Virus record (IMG/VR): IMGVR_UViG_3300027917_000038
Span: 11,892 to 75,891 of that record
Length of the DNA: 64,000 nucleotides
Source of the DNA: a virus
Strand: one strand, 5' to 3'
Shown: one piece after another, positions 8,859 to 19,661 of the stretch
Layout of the letters: each line of letters starts with the position of its first letter
Position numbering within the stretch: the stretch's first letter is position 1
Position numbers and translations under genes: made by a program
The notes under the pieces: generated by a model
What the model saw: only the letters and a program-made list of their open reading frames with translations
Told to the model about the DNA's origin: nothing
The model's database searches: none

Positions 8859-10692
8859 TTACATTAATATTAAAAAATTTGTCATTTCTAAAATAACTTT
8901 CATATAAATCCGCTACACCACTCAAACAATCTAAATGGTTTGGCCCCCATCCCCAAGGATATAATCTTTGCCAATTTCCATTTGGAGAATAACCACCAAC
9001 CCAATCAGCACCAAAATTATCAACAAAACTAAAACCAACACCACTTGATTTTATTCTTACAGGTCTGTTTGAAGGTAAACTATTAAGAAACTGTATTCCA
9101 GTTTCAACTGATTCTAAATTTATTCTTATATCATCTACATATCCCAATTGTCCACCTAAATATTGATCAGCTACAAATGACATTTGTAAATGATAATCAT
9201 TATTGAACATAGCAGGTCTTATTAAATTGTTATTATGATCATAAAAACCACTTCCTCTAAAGTCTACATAAAATGACCATAAATCTACACCTGTTAAATA
9301 TGCTCCTATTCTTAAATTTGTTTGTGATGGATGAATCCATATATCTATTGTTCCTGTTGGCTGACTTATTGCATATCCAGTTTTTGTTTCTATGTGAGAA
9401 CTATCGGTAAGTTTACACCAATGTCTTCCAATATCATTAACATTTTGAAGACTTACTGAACCACTTGTGTTCCATTTAGATAAATCATCTTCAAAATCAT
9501 CAACACATTCACACCATCCATTCCAATATCTATATCTACTAAACCAATTATCATAATAACCACTTGTAGAACTTTCTAATATTTTCCTTTCCATTAAATG
9601 ACCTTTTTGATGATAAACACATCCACATGAAAGATCATCTAAGTTTCCAAAAAATTCAAATGAATAAAATCCAATAAAAACATTTACTCCTGCTGGAGTT
9701 ACAGAACGTGCTATGAATTTTGCCAAATCAATATCCCCAGAATCAAAAGGAGAACCTAAACTTCCCTCGATGGGAATACTTATATCCCAATGAGGCATTG
9801 AAAAATGGTATCTTTCTGTTATTATTATTTCTCCTTCCGACACATTATAAAAATGTGCAAACAATCTCTTAATTTCTGATACTGTTGGCGTTACCCACCA
9901 TTTTTGAGTCCATGCTTGGTTTATAAATTTCCAAACTTTATTCCATTGCGCATCTGATAATGGATATGAACTAAATTTTTCTCTTGAAATCCCTACATCA
10001 TATCCTTTTGCAATTGCTATTCCTCTTGAAGCATTTTCTCCAGAATATTTATAACCTTTGCATTGTGGACATTGAATTCCATTTAATAATCCGGTTCCCT
10101 TGCATGTATTACATTCAGTTGGAGAAATCCATATAGAATTTACTATTTGTTTAATCATATTATGTATTCTATACATCCCCAAATAATATAAAACTTTACT
10201 TCCTTCACTTGCTAATGCATAAAATGAAACCTTTCCACCGGCAGTTGTTAATGGTAAGTTTGATGTTATATTTGTTATTTCAAATATTTTATTCCCTAAT
10301 GATGCCACTAAGAAAGTTGCATTTGGTCTTGTAAATCTTGGTATTTCTAATGTTCCATTTGATGTTGTTGTGCTAGTTTTATATTGTTTTTTAATAATTG
10401 TTTTTCCCAATTGATTAAATTCTATATCTTGATCATATTCAGCAACATTTCCAATAATTGTCAATGTTAAATTCTTTTCTCTTATTTTTTCATCAACAAT
10501 TGCTATGACTGGACATGGTACTGCTATATCAATAGTATCTTTAACATAAGAAACAGATTCTTTTTTAACAAATCCATTAACTCTATCCCATTCGGCTAAT
10601 TTAACTAAACTGTGACCACTATACGGCGTTTGTTCAATACTTTGTTTAAATGCCGTATTTAAATAAACATCAATCTGGTCTCTTATATCCAT
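8845..10692 (-). CDS. Baseplate wedge-associated protein (gpI/gp7-like) with CxxCxGxG zinc motif and C-terminal beta-rich domain
   Basis: Follows baseplate J; PTVSEIKRL...IARSVTPAGV motif; CNTCKGTG and CPQCKG. Confidence 0.55.
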   Translation of the reverse strand: MDIRDQIDVYLNTAFKQSIEQTPYSGHSLVKLAEWDRVNGFVKKESVSYVKDTIDIAVPCPVIAIVDEKIREKNLTLTIIGNVAEYDQDIEFNQLGKTIIKKQYKTSTTTSNGTLEIPRFTRPNATFLVASLGNKIFEITNITSNLPLTTAGGKVSFYALASEGSKVLYYLGMYRIHNMIKQIVNSIWISPTECNTCKGTGLLNGIQCPQCKGYKYSGENASRGIAIAKGYDVGISREKFSSYPLSDAQWNKVWKFINQAWTQKWWVTPTVSEIKRLFAHFYNVSEGEIIITERYHFSMPHWDISIPIEGSLGSPFDSGDIDLAKFIARSVTPAGVNVFIGFYSFEFFGNLDDLSCGCVYHQKGHLMERKILESSTSGYYDNWFSRYRYWNGWCECVDDFEDDLSKWNTSGSVSLQNVNDIGRHWCKLTDSSHIETKTGYAISQPTGTIDIWIHPSQTNLRIGAYLTGVDLWSFYVDFRGSGFYDHNNNLIRPAMFNNDYHLQMSFVADQYLGGQLGYVDDIRINLESVETGIQFLNSLPSNRPVRIKSSGVGFSFVDNFGADWVGGYSPNGNWQRLYPWGWGPNHLDCLSGVADLYESYFRNDKFFNINVSGVC

Positions 10693-12527
10693 TAACCTAC
10701 TCCTCTTTGTAGATTTCTTGTTCCTAAATCTGCTATCTCATTATCAGCAAGAACTATATCTTCCTTAGCCCAATCAGCCACGTCAAATCTTTTTATATAC
10801 AATTCTTTTTGATTAATAACTTGAGGATGTTTCATAATTTGATGTTCTATTTCAGCATAAATAACATCGTCTCCAGTTTTAAGAGATTCTAAGTAAGTTT
10901 CAATATTTGTAATAACATCTTCTCTTACTGTAGCAAAATCTGCCAATTCATTTATATAAATTATTCCTCTTATATCTATATTAATTTCTGTTGCCTCTAA
11001 TATTTGATATTGAATTCCTATTGGGCTATAACCTTGTCCATCAACATAATCTAATAATCCATCTAATTCAGTTTTAAGGTTTTCAAATCCAAATCCATCG
11101 TCTGGTGCCAATATAGTCGTATAACCAGCTCCATTATACCAAGTTTTAAACATTAAATCTACACCAGTCCCTTGACTTGTTTCAACACCAGAAACCCATT
11201 TATATAAATCATATCTAGGACTTGTTCCATATCCTTCTACACCTGTTTGAATTTCCCAATAATTTGCAGAAAAATCAATTCCAGTAATCCCATCATCAGA
11301 AGGATGAAGCCAAAAATCTAATCTATAAGTTTTTGTTTTATCCAAACTATTATATTTAAGATCAATATTAATATCTTGAAATCCTGTTAACCCAGGTCTT
11401 AAATCCTCTTCTCTAAATGTCCCAGTGTCTAAATAAACACCTGTTTCTGCTGTTGATAATCTTATTCCCATTTTAATTGGAGGAGGACTATTTATAGCTC
11501 TTCCTTTTAATGTAACCCTACCTAATGATAAAACTAAATTACCAGGAACAAATGATTGTGAATATTCAATTGGATACTGATCGAATCTTATTGGAGTTCC
11601 AATTGTTGGACTATCCCAATTAGCAATTGATGTTTGGTCAACTCCTTTATCTTGATAAACCTTTACTGCTCTAACACCATTAATTCCATTCGCAATATCT
11701 CTAACTCTTCCTAATGTAAAATTTCTTCTTTGTGCTAATAATAATCTTTCTCTATATTTATCATGTGATTCTTTATCTTGACCACCAGAAACCCCATTAG
11801 AATTTGTAACAGTTAAAAAAGGATAAGTAACAGAAGTTGTAATTTCACCAACTTTTGCGTTACTAATTACACCAGATTCAACAGATGTTACTTCTATTCT
11901 TCTAGTTACTGTTCCATTAACTTCAGTATAATAATTTTCATTTTCCACTATATAACCAGAACTAGCAGCTAACCAATGAAGATTGTTCTTATAAGTTTGA
12001 TCAAATTCATATACAGAAGAAGGTATTGGATTTAAATTTTCATCTAATACTTGAACAACTGAATCAGCATATAAATAATCACTTGGAAAATAATCATAAG
12101 ATTCTCCAGTTTTTAATTTAGTCATACTTATCCTATATTCTATAGGCGTATTGGCATCACTTAAATAACTATTAAGAGAGCTCTTGAATTCTGCACCAGC
12201 ATTTATTATTATATCTGCTCCGTTTACTGTTGCCGAAGCATCTACATATCCTTGCGCACGAGTTGCTCCTCTTCGTGGAAGTCCTGCCTCTATACCATGT
12301 TTATCTAACCATTCTCCAACAGCATTATAAATAGACATTTGTTCAGAACAAGTCTCTAATAAAGTTTCATAGTAATATTCATCAAGCGCATGAATTTTCA
12401 TCATTTGCCATATAAATGAACTTGGACTAAAATTCACTACATCAAGTAAATTTTTTGCTTTTTCTTCAAAATCTTCTATTATTTCTATCGCACTTCTTGG
12501 TGTGAATCCGTCATCATCAAAGGGCAT
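10692..12527 (-). CDS. Baseplate J-like wedge protein
   Basis: AVGEWLDKHG...RRGATRAQG, GGQDKESHDKYRERL and YLESLKTGDDV motifs. Confidence 0.85.
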   Translation of the reverse strand: MPFDDDGFTPRSAIEIIEDFEEKAKNLLDVVNFSPSSFIWQMMKIHALDEYYYETLLETCSEQMSIYNAVGEWLDKHGIEAGLPRRGATRAQGYVDASATVNGADIIINAGAEFKSSLNSYLSDANTPIEYRISMTKLKTGESYDYFPSDYLYADSVVQVLDENLNPIPSSVYEFDQTYKNNLHWLAASSGYIVENENYYTEVNGTVTRRIEVTSVESGVISNAKVGEITTSVTYPFLTVTNSNGVSGGQDKESHDKYRERLLLAQRRNFTLGRVRDIANGINGVRAVKVYQDKGVDQTSIANWDSPTIGTPIRFDQYPIEYSQSFVPGNLVLSLGRVTLKGRAINSPPPIKMGIRLSTAETGVYLDTGTFREEDLRPGLTGFQDINIDLKYNSLDKTKTYRLDFWLHPSDDGITGIDFSANYWEIQTGVEGYGTSPRYDLYKWVSGVETSQGTGVDLMFKTWYNGAGYTTILAPDDGFGFENLKTELDGLLDYVDGQGYSPIGIQYQILEATEINIDIRGIIYINELADFATVREDVITNIETYLESLKTGDDVIYAEIEHQIMKHPQVINQKELYIKRFDVADWAKEDIVLADNEIADLGTRNLQRGVG

Positions 12528-12906
12528 TTAATGTCTCACCTATTGTTATTTCTGATGCTACTATTGTTCCTAATCTACTTTTTACAGAAAATTTTGCTCT
12601 CATTTGTTGACCATCTCTCGTAGCCTTTACATAGTCAATTGAAAATAATAATCTTTCCTTTGCTGGATCTAACGCATCAGCTAGTAATGATTCTATTACT
12701 TCTGGAGGAGAACCAGTAGAATTCATTCTAATTGCCTCTTCTAAATCAAAACCATAATATAAATTCCAGATTTCAGAGCCAACTTGACATTGTAAGAGAT
12801 TTGTAATCAATTGATAAAATGCGTAATCATCCGCAACTTGTACAAAATCTCCATCTTCCCCAATTATTGGGTCTCCTGTTCGCAAATCCAGTAAAATTCC
12901 AGGCAT
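12517..12906 (-). CDS. Baseplate wedge/sheath initiator (gp25/gpW-like)
   Basis: GSEIWNLYYGFD motif, size and position just upstream of baseplate J. Confidence 0.65.
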   Translation of the reverse strand: MPGILLDLRTGDPIIGEDGDFVQVADDYAFYQLITNLLQCQVGSEIWNLYYGFDLEEAIRMNSTGSPPEVIESLLADALDPAKERLLFSIDYVKATRDGQQMRAKFSVKSRLGTIVASEITIGETLNAL

Positions 12907-12968
12907 TTTTAAACACTCTTATATTTTTAATATTTTAATAATTTTTAAATATGATACAATTAATTTTT

Positions 12969-13286
12969 TTATGAACTTTTTAATTTTGTTTGGGTTGGTG
13001 TAATAACGACCGTGTTACCGTATGTACCAGTTGCGTTATCACCAGCCCTTAATACATTTGTACTATTATCTTTTAATTTTGTTGTTCCAGGTGTAACTGT
13101 AACCACATCTGTTGTTCCAGAAGGCGGTGTTGGGCCAGCTGATGTAAAAGTAACAACAACTTTAGTTATAACCTTTGTTCCATTAACAGAAACTTTAATC
13201 CCTGGAGTATATACAGTACTAGTAACACTAAAAGGCGGTACTGGTGTGGACACTGCGTCTCCTACTAATCCTACGGCCAAACTCAC
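12969..13286 (-). CDS. PAAR-like spike tip protein
   Basis: KVSVNGTKV and VLRAGD motifs; ~105 aa; directly follows the spike gene. Confidence 0.55.
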   Translation of the reverse strand: MSLAVGLVGDAVSTPVPPFSVTSTVYTPGIKVSVNGTKVITKVVVTFTSAGPTPPSGTTDVVTVTPGTTKLKDNSTNVLRAGDNATGTYGNTVVITPTQTKLKSS

Positions 13287-15022
13287 GTTACATCCAACCC
13301 CGCAGTTGTTAATGTTGCTTTAGATGCTCCAGCAACCATTTCTACTTTACTACTATCAATTGTAAATGTATTTGAACCAACTGTTACTACAACATTTGTT
13401 GTTTTTAACACTAATGTATTTTCACCTGTTTTTAGTGTTATTCTGTCATCAGCAGTTAACAAAATCCTATTCGAAGAACCGTATATCGCAATATTATTAT
13501 CTCCATATTTCAATCTAATTTTCTCATCATCCGCTTCTACATAAATACCAAAATCTCCAGATTTTAACTCTATATTATTATTAGCATTTATTTTTATTGT
13601 GCCATCTGGTTTCAAATGTAAAAATGGTTTTGTTGTATCTTCACTTGGAATAGACTGTGAATCTGTATCTTCAATCTGTAAATAAGTTTCTCCATCATCC
13701 TTAATATATAAACACCATCCATTTGGTAATTGAAATCTAAAATCATCTGGGTTTTTAGATGGAATTAAAAATGCTGGACTTCCATTACCCATTACAAAAG
13801 GGCCTAACACTGATTGTTCTATTCTATCATTAACAGCAAATAAAAGTTGATTAGGATTAGTATGAATATTATTTGTTCTTGGAAAAAATAAACCAGCTCT
13901 ATCATCAAGATATGGAGTTGTTCTTCCAACACGTGGCAATGTGTATACAGGTGTTGTAACATTCATTGGAACATTTCTTGGTGTTTTCTTAGAATATTGA
14001 AATGTGCTTTTTTCTATTGAAACTTCATCAACATATTCATTATCTCCCTCATCTTTAGTTACTCTTCCAATACGAATCTGATTAAATTTAACATCTTTAA
14101 AAATATACTCAACAGCTAATATTCTTTCTTGATTTTCTTCTAAACTATGATAATATGTTTCCTTATCTATTTTTACTGCTGTTGGAACAAAGCATCCTTT
14201 AGTTAAATCTCCATCTACACCTACTATATGTTTTGCCCATACACATCTCATATCTATCTCTTGATCTTCAACTTGTAACAAATAAGACCATAAAACATTA
14301 AGAGGACTAGCAGCAAATGCTATTTTAGCTCCATCTCTATATTTAGAAAAATTATCAACTTGTCTATTAATAAGTTCTTTTGTGGCATTAAAATCTCCAT
14401 AAGTTGGTAGGATAGGGCCTATGAAAAGCATTCCATATTTAATAGTCCATTCAAAATTATTTTCATTAGCAACATATTGAATGAAATCTCTTACTGTCCA
14501 AGAAGGATCTAAAGTAAAATTAGGATATTCAAACTTAAAACTTTGTTTTAAAAAATCGCTGTGTTCACAAAAAATAACTGGTATTATACCAGTAACTTCT
14601 AAAACATCTCTTAATAATTGTTCAACATCTCTTGTTTCTTTATAATCTAATGTTCCAATATTAGCATCTATTAATAATGAATCTAATAAAGCATAACCTT
14701 CTTGTATAGCATACACAACTTTCATATCTTTTTCTAAATCATCATAAACACTAATAACCCTATATTTTTCTTTCCAATAACAATCTTTTATATCTCCTCT
14801 GAGATATAATTTTAATTCTAAGGAATAATTAGAAAAATTATAACTTACTAAATCTTTATGCATATACCAAAGCATAAAATCTGGCATGCCATATAATCCA
14901 GAAAATACTTTTATTTTATCTAAATACCTGCTTCCTGCAGTCTCAAAACTTCCAACAAACGACACTGAATTTTCTTCGTCAAATGGTAAATACATTCTTA
15001 TTGCCCAAGCTGAATTGCTCAA
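13283..15022 (-). CDS. Baseplate hub plus central spike (VgrG-like fusion)
   Basis: N-terminal hub-like region (VRDFIQYVANENNFEWTIKYGMLFIG) and C-terminal alternating beta-strand repeats. Confidence 0.6.
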   Translation of the reverse strand: MSNSAWAIRMYLPFDEENSVSFVGSFETAGSRYLDKIKVFSGLYGMPDFMLWYMHKDLVSYNFSNYSLELKLYLRGDIKDCYWKEKYRVISVYDDLEKDMKVVYAIQEGYALLDSLLIDANIGTLDYKETRDVEQLLRDVLEVTGIIPVIFCEHSDFLKQSFKFEYPNFTLDPSWTVRDFIQYVANENNFEWTIKYGMLFIGPILPTYGDFNATKELINRQVDNFSKYRDGAKIAFAASPLNVLWSYLLQVEDQEIDMRCVWAKHIVGVDGDLTKGCFVPTAVKIDKETYYHSLEENQERILAVEYIFKDVKFNQIRIGRVTKDEGDNEYVDEVSIEKSTFQYSKKTPRNVPMNVTTPVYTLPRVGRTTPYLDDRAGLFFPRTNNIHTNPNQLLFAVNDRIEQSVLGPFVMGNGSPAFLIPSKNPDDFRFQLPNGWCLYIKDDGETYLQIEDTDSQSIPSEDTTKPFLHLKPDGTIKINANNNIELKSGDFGIYVEADDEKIRLKYGDNNIAIYGSSNRILLTADDRITLKTGENTLVLKTTNVVVTVGSNTFTIDSSKVEMVAGASKATLTTAGLDVT

Positions 15023-16038
15023 AAAAATCCCCTCGTTTCTAATATTCCTGGTATTCTTCCTTCTTCTTCTCTATCTACGCCAAAATAATTACGTATAAAT
15101 TGCGATCCAAATTGTGATACATTATCCCAATTAAACATTTCATTATAAAGGAGAAGTGTAGTTGTTACTTCTAATGCTCCTTTCATTGCCGCTGTTAAAA
15201 GCGGATGTTCATCTTGAGTAAATTTCTTATAAACTTTAACTTCTGTATCTTGAAATCCTGGTTTATCATCTGGAATATTTATTTTTCCAAATGTATATTG
15301 TGGGACTGGTTCATATTTTCTAAAGAAAATTGTATATTCAACCATCTTTCTGTTTTCTCTATCAAGTCTTTGTCTCCATGAATAAGTTTCAATATACATT
15401 GATAAATAAACCCTTTGTCTAGTAATTATTGGAAATGTCATGTGGTATTCTTCATACCCTTCATTTTTATTTTTAATACCTGCTTCAAAGCTTTCCCATG
15501 GATCTAATCCAGGTTCTTCAATAGAAGGATTAACTAATGGTGGTTGTTGAGAATTAACCCATTGAGTAGGTGTTGTATTCCAAGCTCCTGCTTCTAATGA
15601 TTGTGCAAAAACATCAATAATATTAGCACTTCCCCATAAAAATAATAAATCTAACATATTAAGAAATATGAATCTATTTTCTCCCCAAGCTCTCCCAACT
15701 ATTCTTAATGATTCATCTCCTCCAGTTTGATGAGCTAAAAACACACCACCATTTGCCCTGTATCTGACTTCTCTATCTGAAATACCGTGACTTAATTCAA
15801 GAACAGTTCCTAATGGAATTCCCGCTATTACGCAAGCTGGTTTAATATCATTCAAATTTCCCCAATAATGTTTTGCCATCATATATCCTAAACTTGTGGC
15901 ATTAACAAAAGCATTTGATTTTTTAAAACCTAATGCCTGTGTTAAAACTGGGTATAATGCCGCGCCATACGCAAGACCACCGACCCATCCCGGGATATTA
16001 TATTCCGCTTTTGGTATTAAATTACTCAAATATTGCAC
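15019..16038 (-). CDS. Tail tube initiator/baseplate protein, paralogue of 16022-17365
   Basis: Position between tape measure and hub; shares sequence blocks with the upstream gene. Confidence 0.5.
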   Translation of the reverse strand: MQYLSNLIPKAEYNIPGWVGGLAYGAALYPVLTQALGFKKSNAFVNATSLGYMMAKHYWGNLNDIKPACVIAGIPLGTVLELSHGISDREVRYRANGGVFLAHQTGGDESLRIVGRAWGENRFIFLNMLDLLFLWGSANIIDVFAQSLEAGAWNTTPTQWVNSQQPPLVNPSIEEPGLDPWESFEAGIKNKNEGYEEYHMTFPIITRQRVYLSMYIETYSWRQRLDRENRKMVEYTIFFRKYEPVPQYTFGKINIPDDKPGFQDTEVKVYKKFTQDEHPLLTAAMKGALEVTTTLLLYNEMFNWDNVSQFGSQFIRNYFGVDREEEGRIPGILETRGFF

Positions 16039-17365
16039 CTGCTAATGCTAATCCAAATACAAAACCCATATCTACCGCATCCACATCATAATAATTGTCT
16101 ACTTTCCAACTATTTGTATCTATACCTATTGATTCTTTTTTATATTTAAGAAGCCTATAAGTAAAGTTTGCCGAGTAATATAAAACTGCTTGTGTTTTTG
16201 TTCTCGTGTTCGCATAATAAAATGTTGTATGTGAAGCATCTGCAACAAATTCATTAGGTTCTGTATAAGTTCTTAATAATAAATCATAATTAATTACATC
16301 TTTTCCTCCTTCTACTGTTTCTTCAAAGGAGAATGTTTCTATATATGCATTTGGAATTATTTCGTGATTTAAAATAACAGGAAATGTTATATGTTTTTCA
16401 TAAGAAGGTTTTTGTGTAATAATTCCTTCTGTGGCTTCTAATTTTCCACCTGAAAATGCCTTATCTCTCATCATTGCTAAAGCTGATTGTGGATTATTAA
16501 TGTAATTTGTAATCATTTCAGAATCCCAATCAAGAACTTCCATATATCCTTTGCTCATCAAAGTAAGCATCCATAATATAGAAAGCCACAATAATCTTAA
16601 TTCACCAGTTAATTTACCAACTATTCTTACACTATGTTGTCCTCCTCTTTGAAATGCTAAGAAAATACTTCCAACTGCTCTAAATTTTACTATTTTATTT
16701 GAATGCGCAACTTCTATTTCTTGAACAGAAGTAGGAGAATCTATTCCCATACCTCCTAAAGGAAGAACTGCAAGTAAAACTTCATTATCAGTAAAAAGTC
16801 CTAATCCTGCTCCAACAAAACCCATTGCGCTCCACATTAATGTCATTGCGTTATATAAAACACGCATTGGTGTAGCAAAAACTGTAACTATTTTTTGTTT
16901 AATTTCTAATAAAGTTGCTTGTGCTTTTCTAAGCACTTTATTAACATTTGCTTTTAATTTTAATGCTAATCCAGCTTCTGAAATGTCTTCTGGACTGTAT
17001 TTGCTTTCAAATTTTAATCTTTTATATTTAAGATCAAATTCTGTTTTTTGTTCTATGAAACCATTTACGGCTTCAATTCCACCACTTGTTCTAAACTTTT
17101 TAATTAATCTTAAATAACTTCCTTTAGTAACACCAAAGGTCGTATTTCTCATAAATTCTAAGAAATCTCTTAATGTATTATATCGACTTGTTCTAAAAGG
17201 GCCATAATCAAAATATTGTACCCAACTGCCCCCACCACTTGTTGCGGCTACCCTTTCAACAATTTTATTTGAGATTTCATTTGCTTTTGATAATTTAAAA
17301 CCTTTAATCCATAACTTTTCTGCTATTCTTTTCCTAAAATCATCATAACTTAATAAGTTTGGCAT
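16022..17365 (-). CDS. Tail tube initiator/baseplate protein
   Basis: Follows tape measure; shares sequence blocks with 15019-16038. Confidence 0.5.
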   Translation of the reverse strand: MPNLLSYDDFRKRIAEKLWIKGFKLSKANEISNKIVERVAATSGGGSWVQYFDYGPFRTSRYNTLRDFLEFMRNTTFGVTKGSYLRLIKKFRTSGGIEAVNGFIEQKTEFDLKYKRLKFESKYSPEDISEAGLALKLKANVNKVLRKAQATLLEIKQKIVTVFATPMRVLYNAMTLMWSAMGFVGAGLGLFTDNEVLLAVLPLGGMGIDSPTSVQEIEVAHSNKIVKFRAVGSIFLAFQRGGQHSVRIVGKLTGELRLLWLSILWMLTLMSKGYMEVLDWDSEMITNYINNPQSALAMMRDKAFSGGKLEATEGIITQKPSYEKHITFPVILNHEIIPNAYIETFSFEETVEGGKDVINYDLLLRTYTEPNEFVADASHTTFYYANTRTKTQAVLYYSANFTYRLLKYKKESIGIDTNSWKVDNYYDVDAVDMGFVFGLALAGAIFE

Positions 17366-19026
17366 TATTCGGTACCTTTTTTATTTATATCTTTCTTTAA
17401 ATTTTGTTCCTCTTGTGTTGGTTCATCTAAAGAAGATTGTATTGAATCTAATTTTCCATCCATTTTATTAAATGTTTTTGTGCTTTGGTTTTGCCAATCC
17501 TCGTTTTTAAATCCCGCTTCTCTAAGATTAATCATTTCTTTAAGTATTTGTTGAAACATAATATCTATTTTTTCACTAGATTCATTAATAACTCTTTGAA
17601 CAACTTCTCTTGGTTTCTCCTCTTCTTTAATAACTTTTCCAATAATATCTCTCGCGTCCCATCCTTCCATAGCTCTTAATACTTTTTCGAATATTTGTCT
17701 TTCTCCTTCACTTTTCTTTAATTCAATTCCTAAAAATTTACCTATATCCATAACTTGAAAAGGAGTCATATCTTGTATTAATCTTCTGAATGTACTTTGT
17801 AAGAACATTTCCACTTTTTCTAATAATAAGGAAGGTGGAGCAACTGCCATTTTTGCGGCAAGTTCTCTGAAAAACCCAGAAATATTTTCAATTGATTGTG
17901 TTTCTCCTAATGGCAAAACACCTGGTGCTCTCCAAAATCCTTCTACTGTTTCCTCTAAATCATCTACTAAAGATGCAGTAAGAGAAACAAGAAAATTATC
18001 CAATTGAGGTTGTATTAATTCTCTTATATTTTGATCAAGTTTATTTTTGAATCCAACAAGTAATTTTTCTATATATTGTTTTATTGATTCCCTAGTTTCT
18101 GTTCTATCTTGCGGTATTTTATCTAATTTAGTTGCAAATCTCTTCCAAGTATCAGTTGTATCAAAATAATCTTGTAAAAATTTATCAAATTGTTTCATTA
18201 CATCGTTTCGCATAACCTCAAAAAGACCCCTCGTTATAATATGTTCACCAGCTAGGTGCTTAGCTTCTCCATCAACAGCCCCATAAACTTTGGCTACATC
18301 ACTACTTAAGGTATCAAGTCTTTTTGTAAAAAAAGTATCAAGAAGTTGTGTTATCTCTGTAACTGCCTCATCAATATCAGGCATATCACTTAAAATATCT
18401 TTTGTGTTATCCAATAATTGTTCAATTTCCTCATTCATTTGTAATTGTTTTTCACGTATTCCATCAAGAACCATACTTGATTGTTCAATAAAATTATTAA
18501 GTATTATAAAATCTTGAGAAATAGTTGACATAACATCCCATACATCTTTAATTTTATCCAAAACTTCTTTTAAAATTTCAGCATTATCCGCATCTTTTAA
18601 TTCTCTTATTTGTTCTACTAAAGCACCGATTATATCATTTTTTGCTTTCGTTATAGATCCAACAACACTTAAACTTAAATAATTTCTTATAGCCGCTGTA
18701 TCCCCTACAATAGTATCAAGAATTTGAAAAATTTGATTTAAAGGATCTGTAAAATCAAGAAGCGCTTCTTGTATAATTTCTTTTACATTTTCTAATAAAT
18801 TTGGAAATTTATCAATAAGAGGTTTTAAAGTATTAATTAATTGACCAACCCTTCTGTTAACATCTGTTATTTTATTACTTATTTCTGTTAGTTGTTCTTT
18901 TGGAATTTCAGCTTCTATTTTTCCACCTGCTTGTCTAATCTCTTCCAATCTTTTCCATAATTGTTCAAGATTAGATCCTTCATCTATTTCTAATGAAACC
19001 ATTAATTTATCAATTGGTTGGCTCAT
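17365..19026 (-). CDS. Probable tape measure protein
   Basis: Long alpha-helical coiled-coil composition; canonical position after tube and chaperone. Confidence 0.6.
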   Translation of the reverse strand: MSQPIDKLMVSLEIDEGSNLEQLWKRLEEIRQAGGKIEAEIPKEQLTEISNKITDVNRRVGQLINTLKPLIDKFPNLLENVKEIIQEALLDFTDPLNQIFQILDTIVGDTAAIRNYLSLSVVGSITKAKNDIIGALVEQIRELKDADNAEILKEVLDKIKDVWDVMSTISQDFIILNNFIEQSSMVLDGIREKQLQMNEEIEQLLDNTKDILSDMPDIDEAVTEITQLLDTFFTKRLDTLSSDVAKVYGAVDGEAKHLAGEHIITRGLFEVMRNDVMKQFDKFLQDYFDTTDTWKRFATKLDKIPQDRTETRESIKQYIEKLLVGFKNKLDQNIRELIQPQLDNFLVSLTASLVDDLEETVEGFWRAPGVLPLGETQSIENISGFFRELAAKMAVAPPSLLLEKVEMFLQSTFRRLIQDMTPFQVMDIGKFLGIELKKSEGERQIFEKVLRAMEGWDARDIIGKVIKEEEKPREVVQRVINESSEKIDIMFQQILKEMINLREAGFKNEDWQNQSTKTFNKMDGKLDSIQSSLDEPTQEEQNLKKDINKKGTE

Positions 19027-19661
19027 ATTAATCCTCCTAACATTTTTCTTAAATCAACAATATCTCCAGTTTTTGATAATTTCTTTTTAGGAGTTAGCAT
19101 ATTCTTTCTTGAATAAAGTAAGAAGTCTCTTTGTAATTTTGTCATCTTACTAATTTCAGTAAGAGGAACATTTAACGTGAATATAACATTAGCTAAAATT
19201 TCTCCTTCATCAGATTTGATAATTTCTTTTATAACTTCTTCTGGCTGATAGGAAAAACCCAAAACTATCTTAGCTATTTCATGTACTTTTCTCATTTTTT
19301 TTACAAGATGAAATCCTTTTGGTATTCCAGAAACAGTAGTAGAAAATTCTTCATCTTGAAAATCTTTCATTGCGAAAAAAACTATCCAATAATCTACTTC
19401 ATTGTAATACTTTTGTAAAACCGCCAATTTCTGATTGTCTAATTCTATTTCTTCTTTCGGTTTGACCAAACTCAGTTTGAGCTTGACAACTAAGTTTGAA
19501 ACCTCAGCACCAAGAAACTTTAATGTGTTATAAAAACATTCATCTAATTCTACACTAGAAATTGGTCGGAGAGGTAATGATTCTCCAAAATAATCATATT
19601 GATATACTTCAGTAGTTCCTAAAGATATGTGTTTAATCATACCTTTCACTTCTCTGGCCAA
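19023..19661 (-). CDS. Probable tail assembly chaperone
   Basis: Position between tube and tape measure; LPLRPIS motif. Confidence 0.45.
   Translation of the reverse strand: MAREVKGMIKHISLGTTEVYQYDYFGESLPLRPISSVELDECFYNTLKFLGAEVSNLVVKLKLSLVKPKEEIELDNQKLAVLQKYYNEVDYWIVFFAMKDFQDEEFSTTVSGIPKGFHLVKKMRKVHEIAKIVLGFSYQPEEVIKEIIKSDEGEILANVIFTLNVPLTEISKMTKLQRDFLLYSRKNMLTPKKKLSKTGDIVDLRKMLGGLI

Noticed and set aside
19023-19661. Programmed frameshift in the tail chaperone gene
   Set aside because: No second overlapping frame is needed; the gene runs directly into the tape measure start
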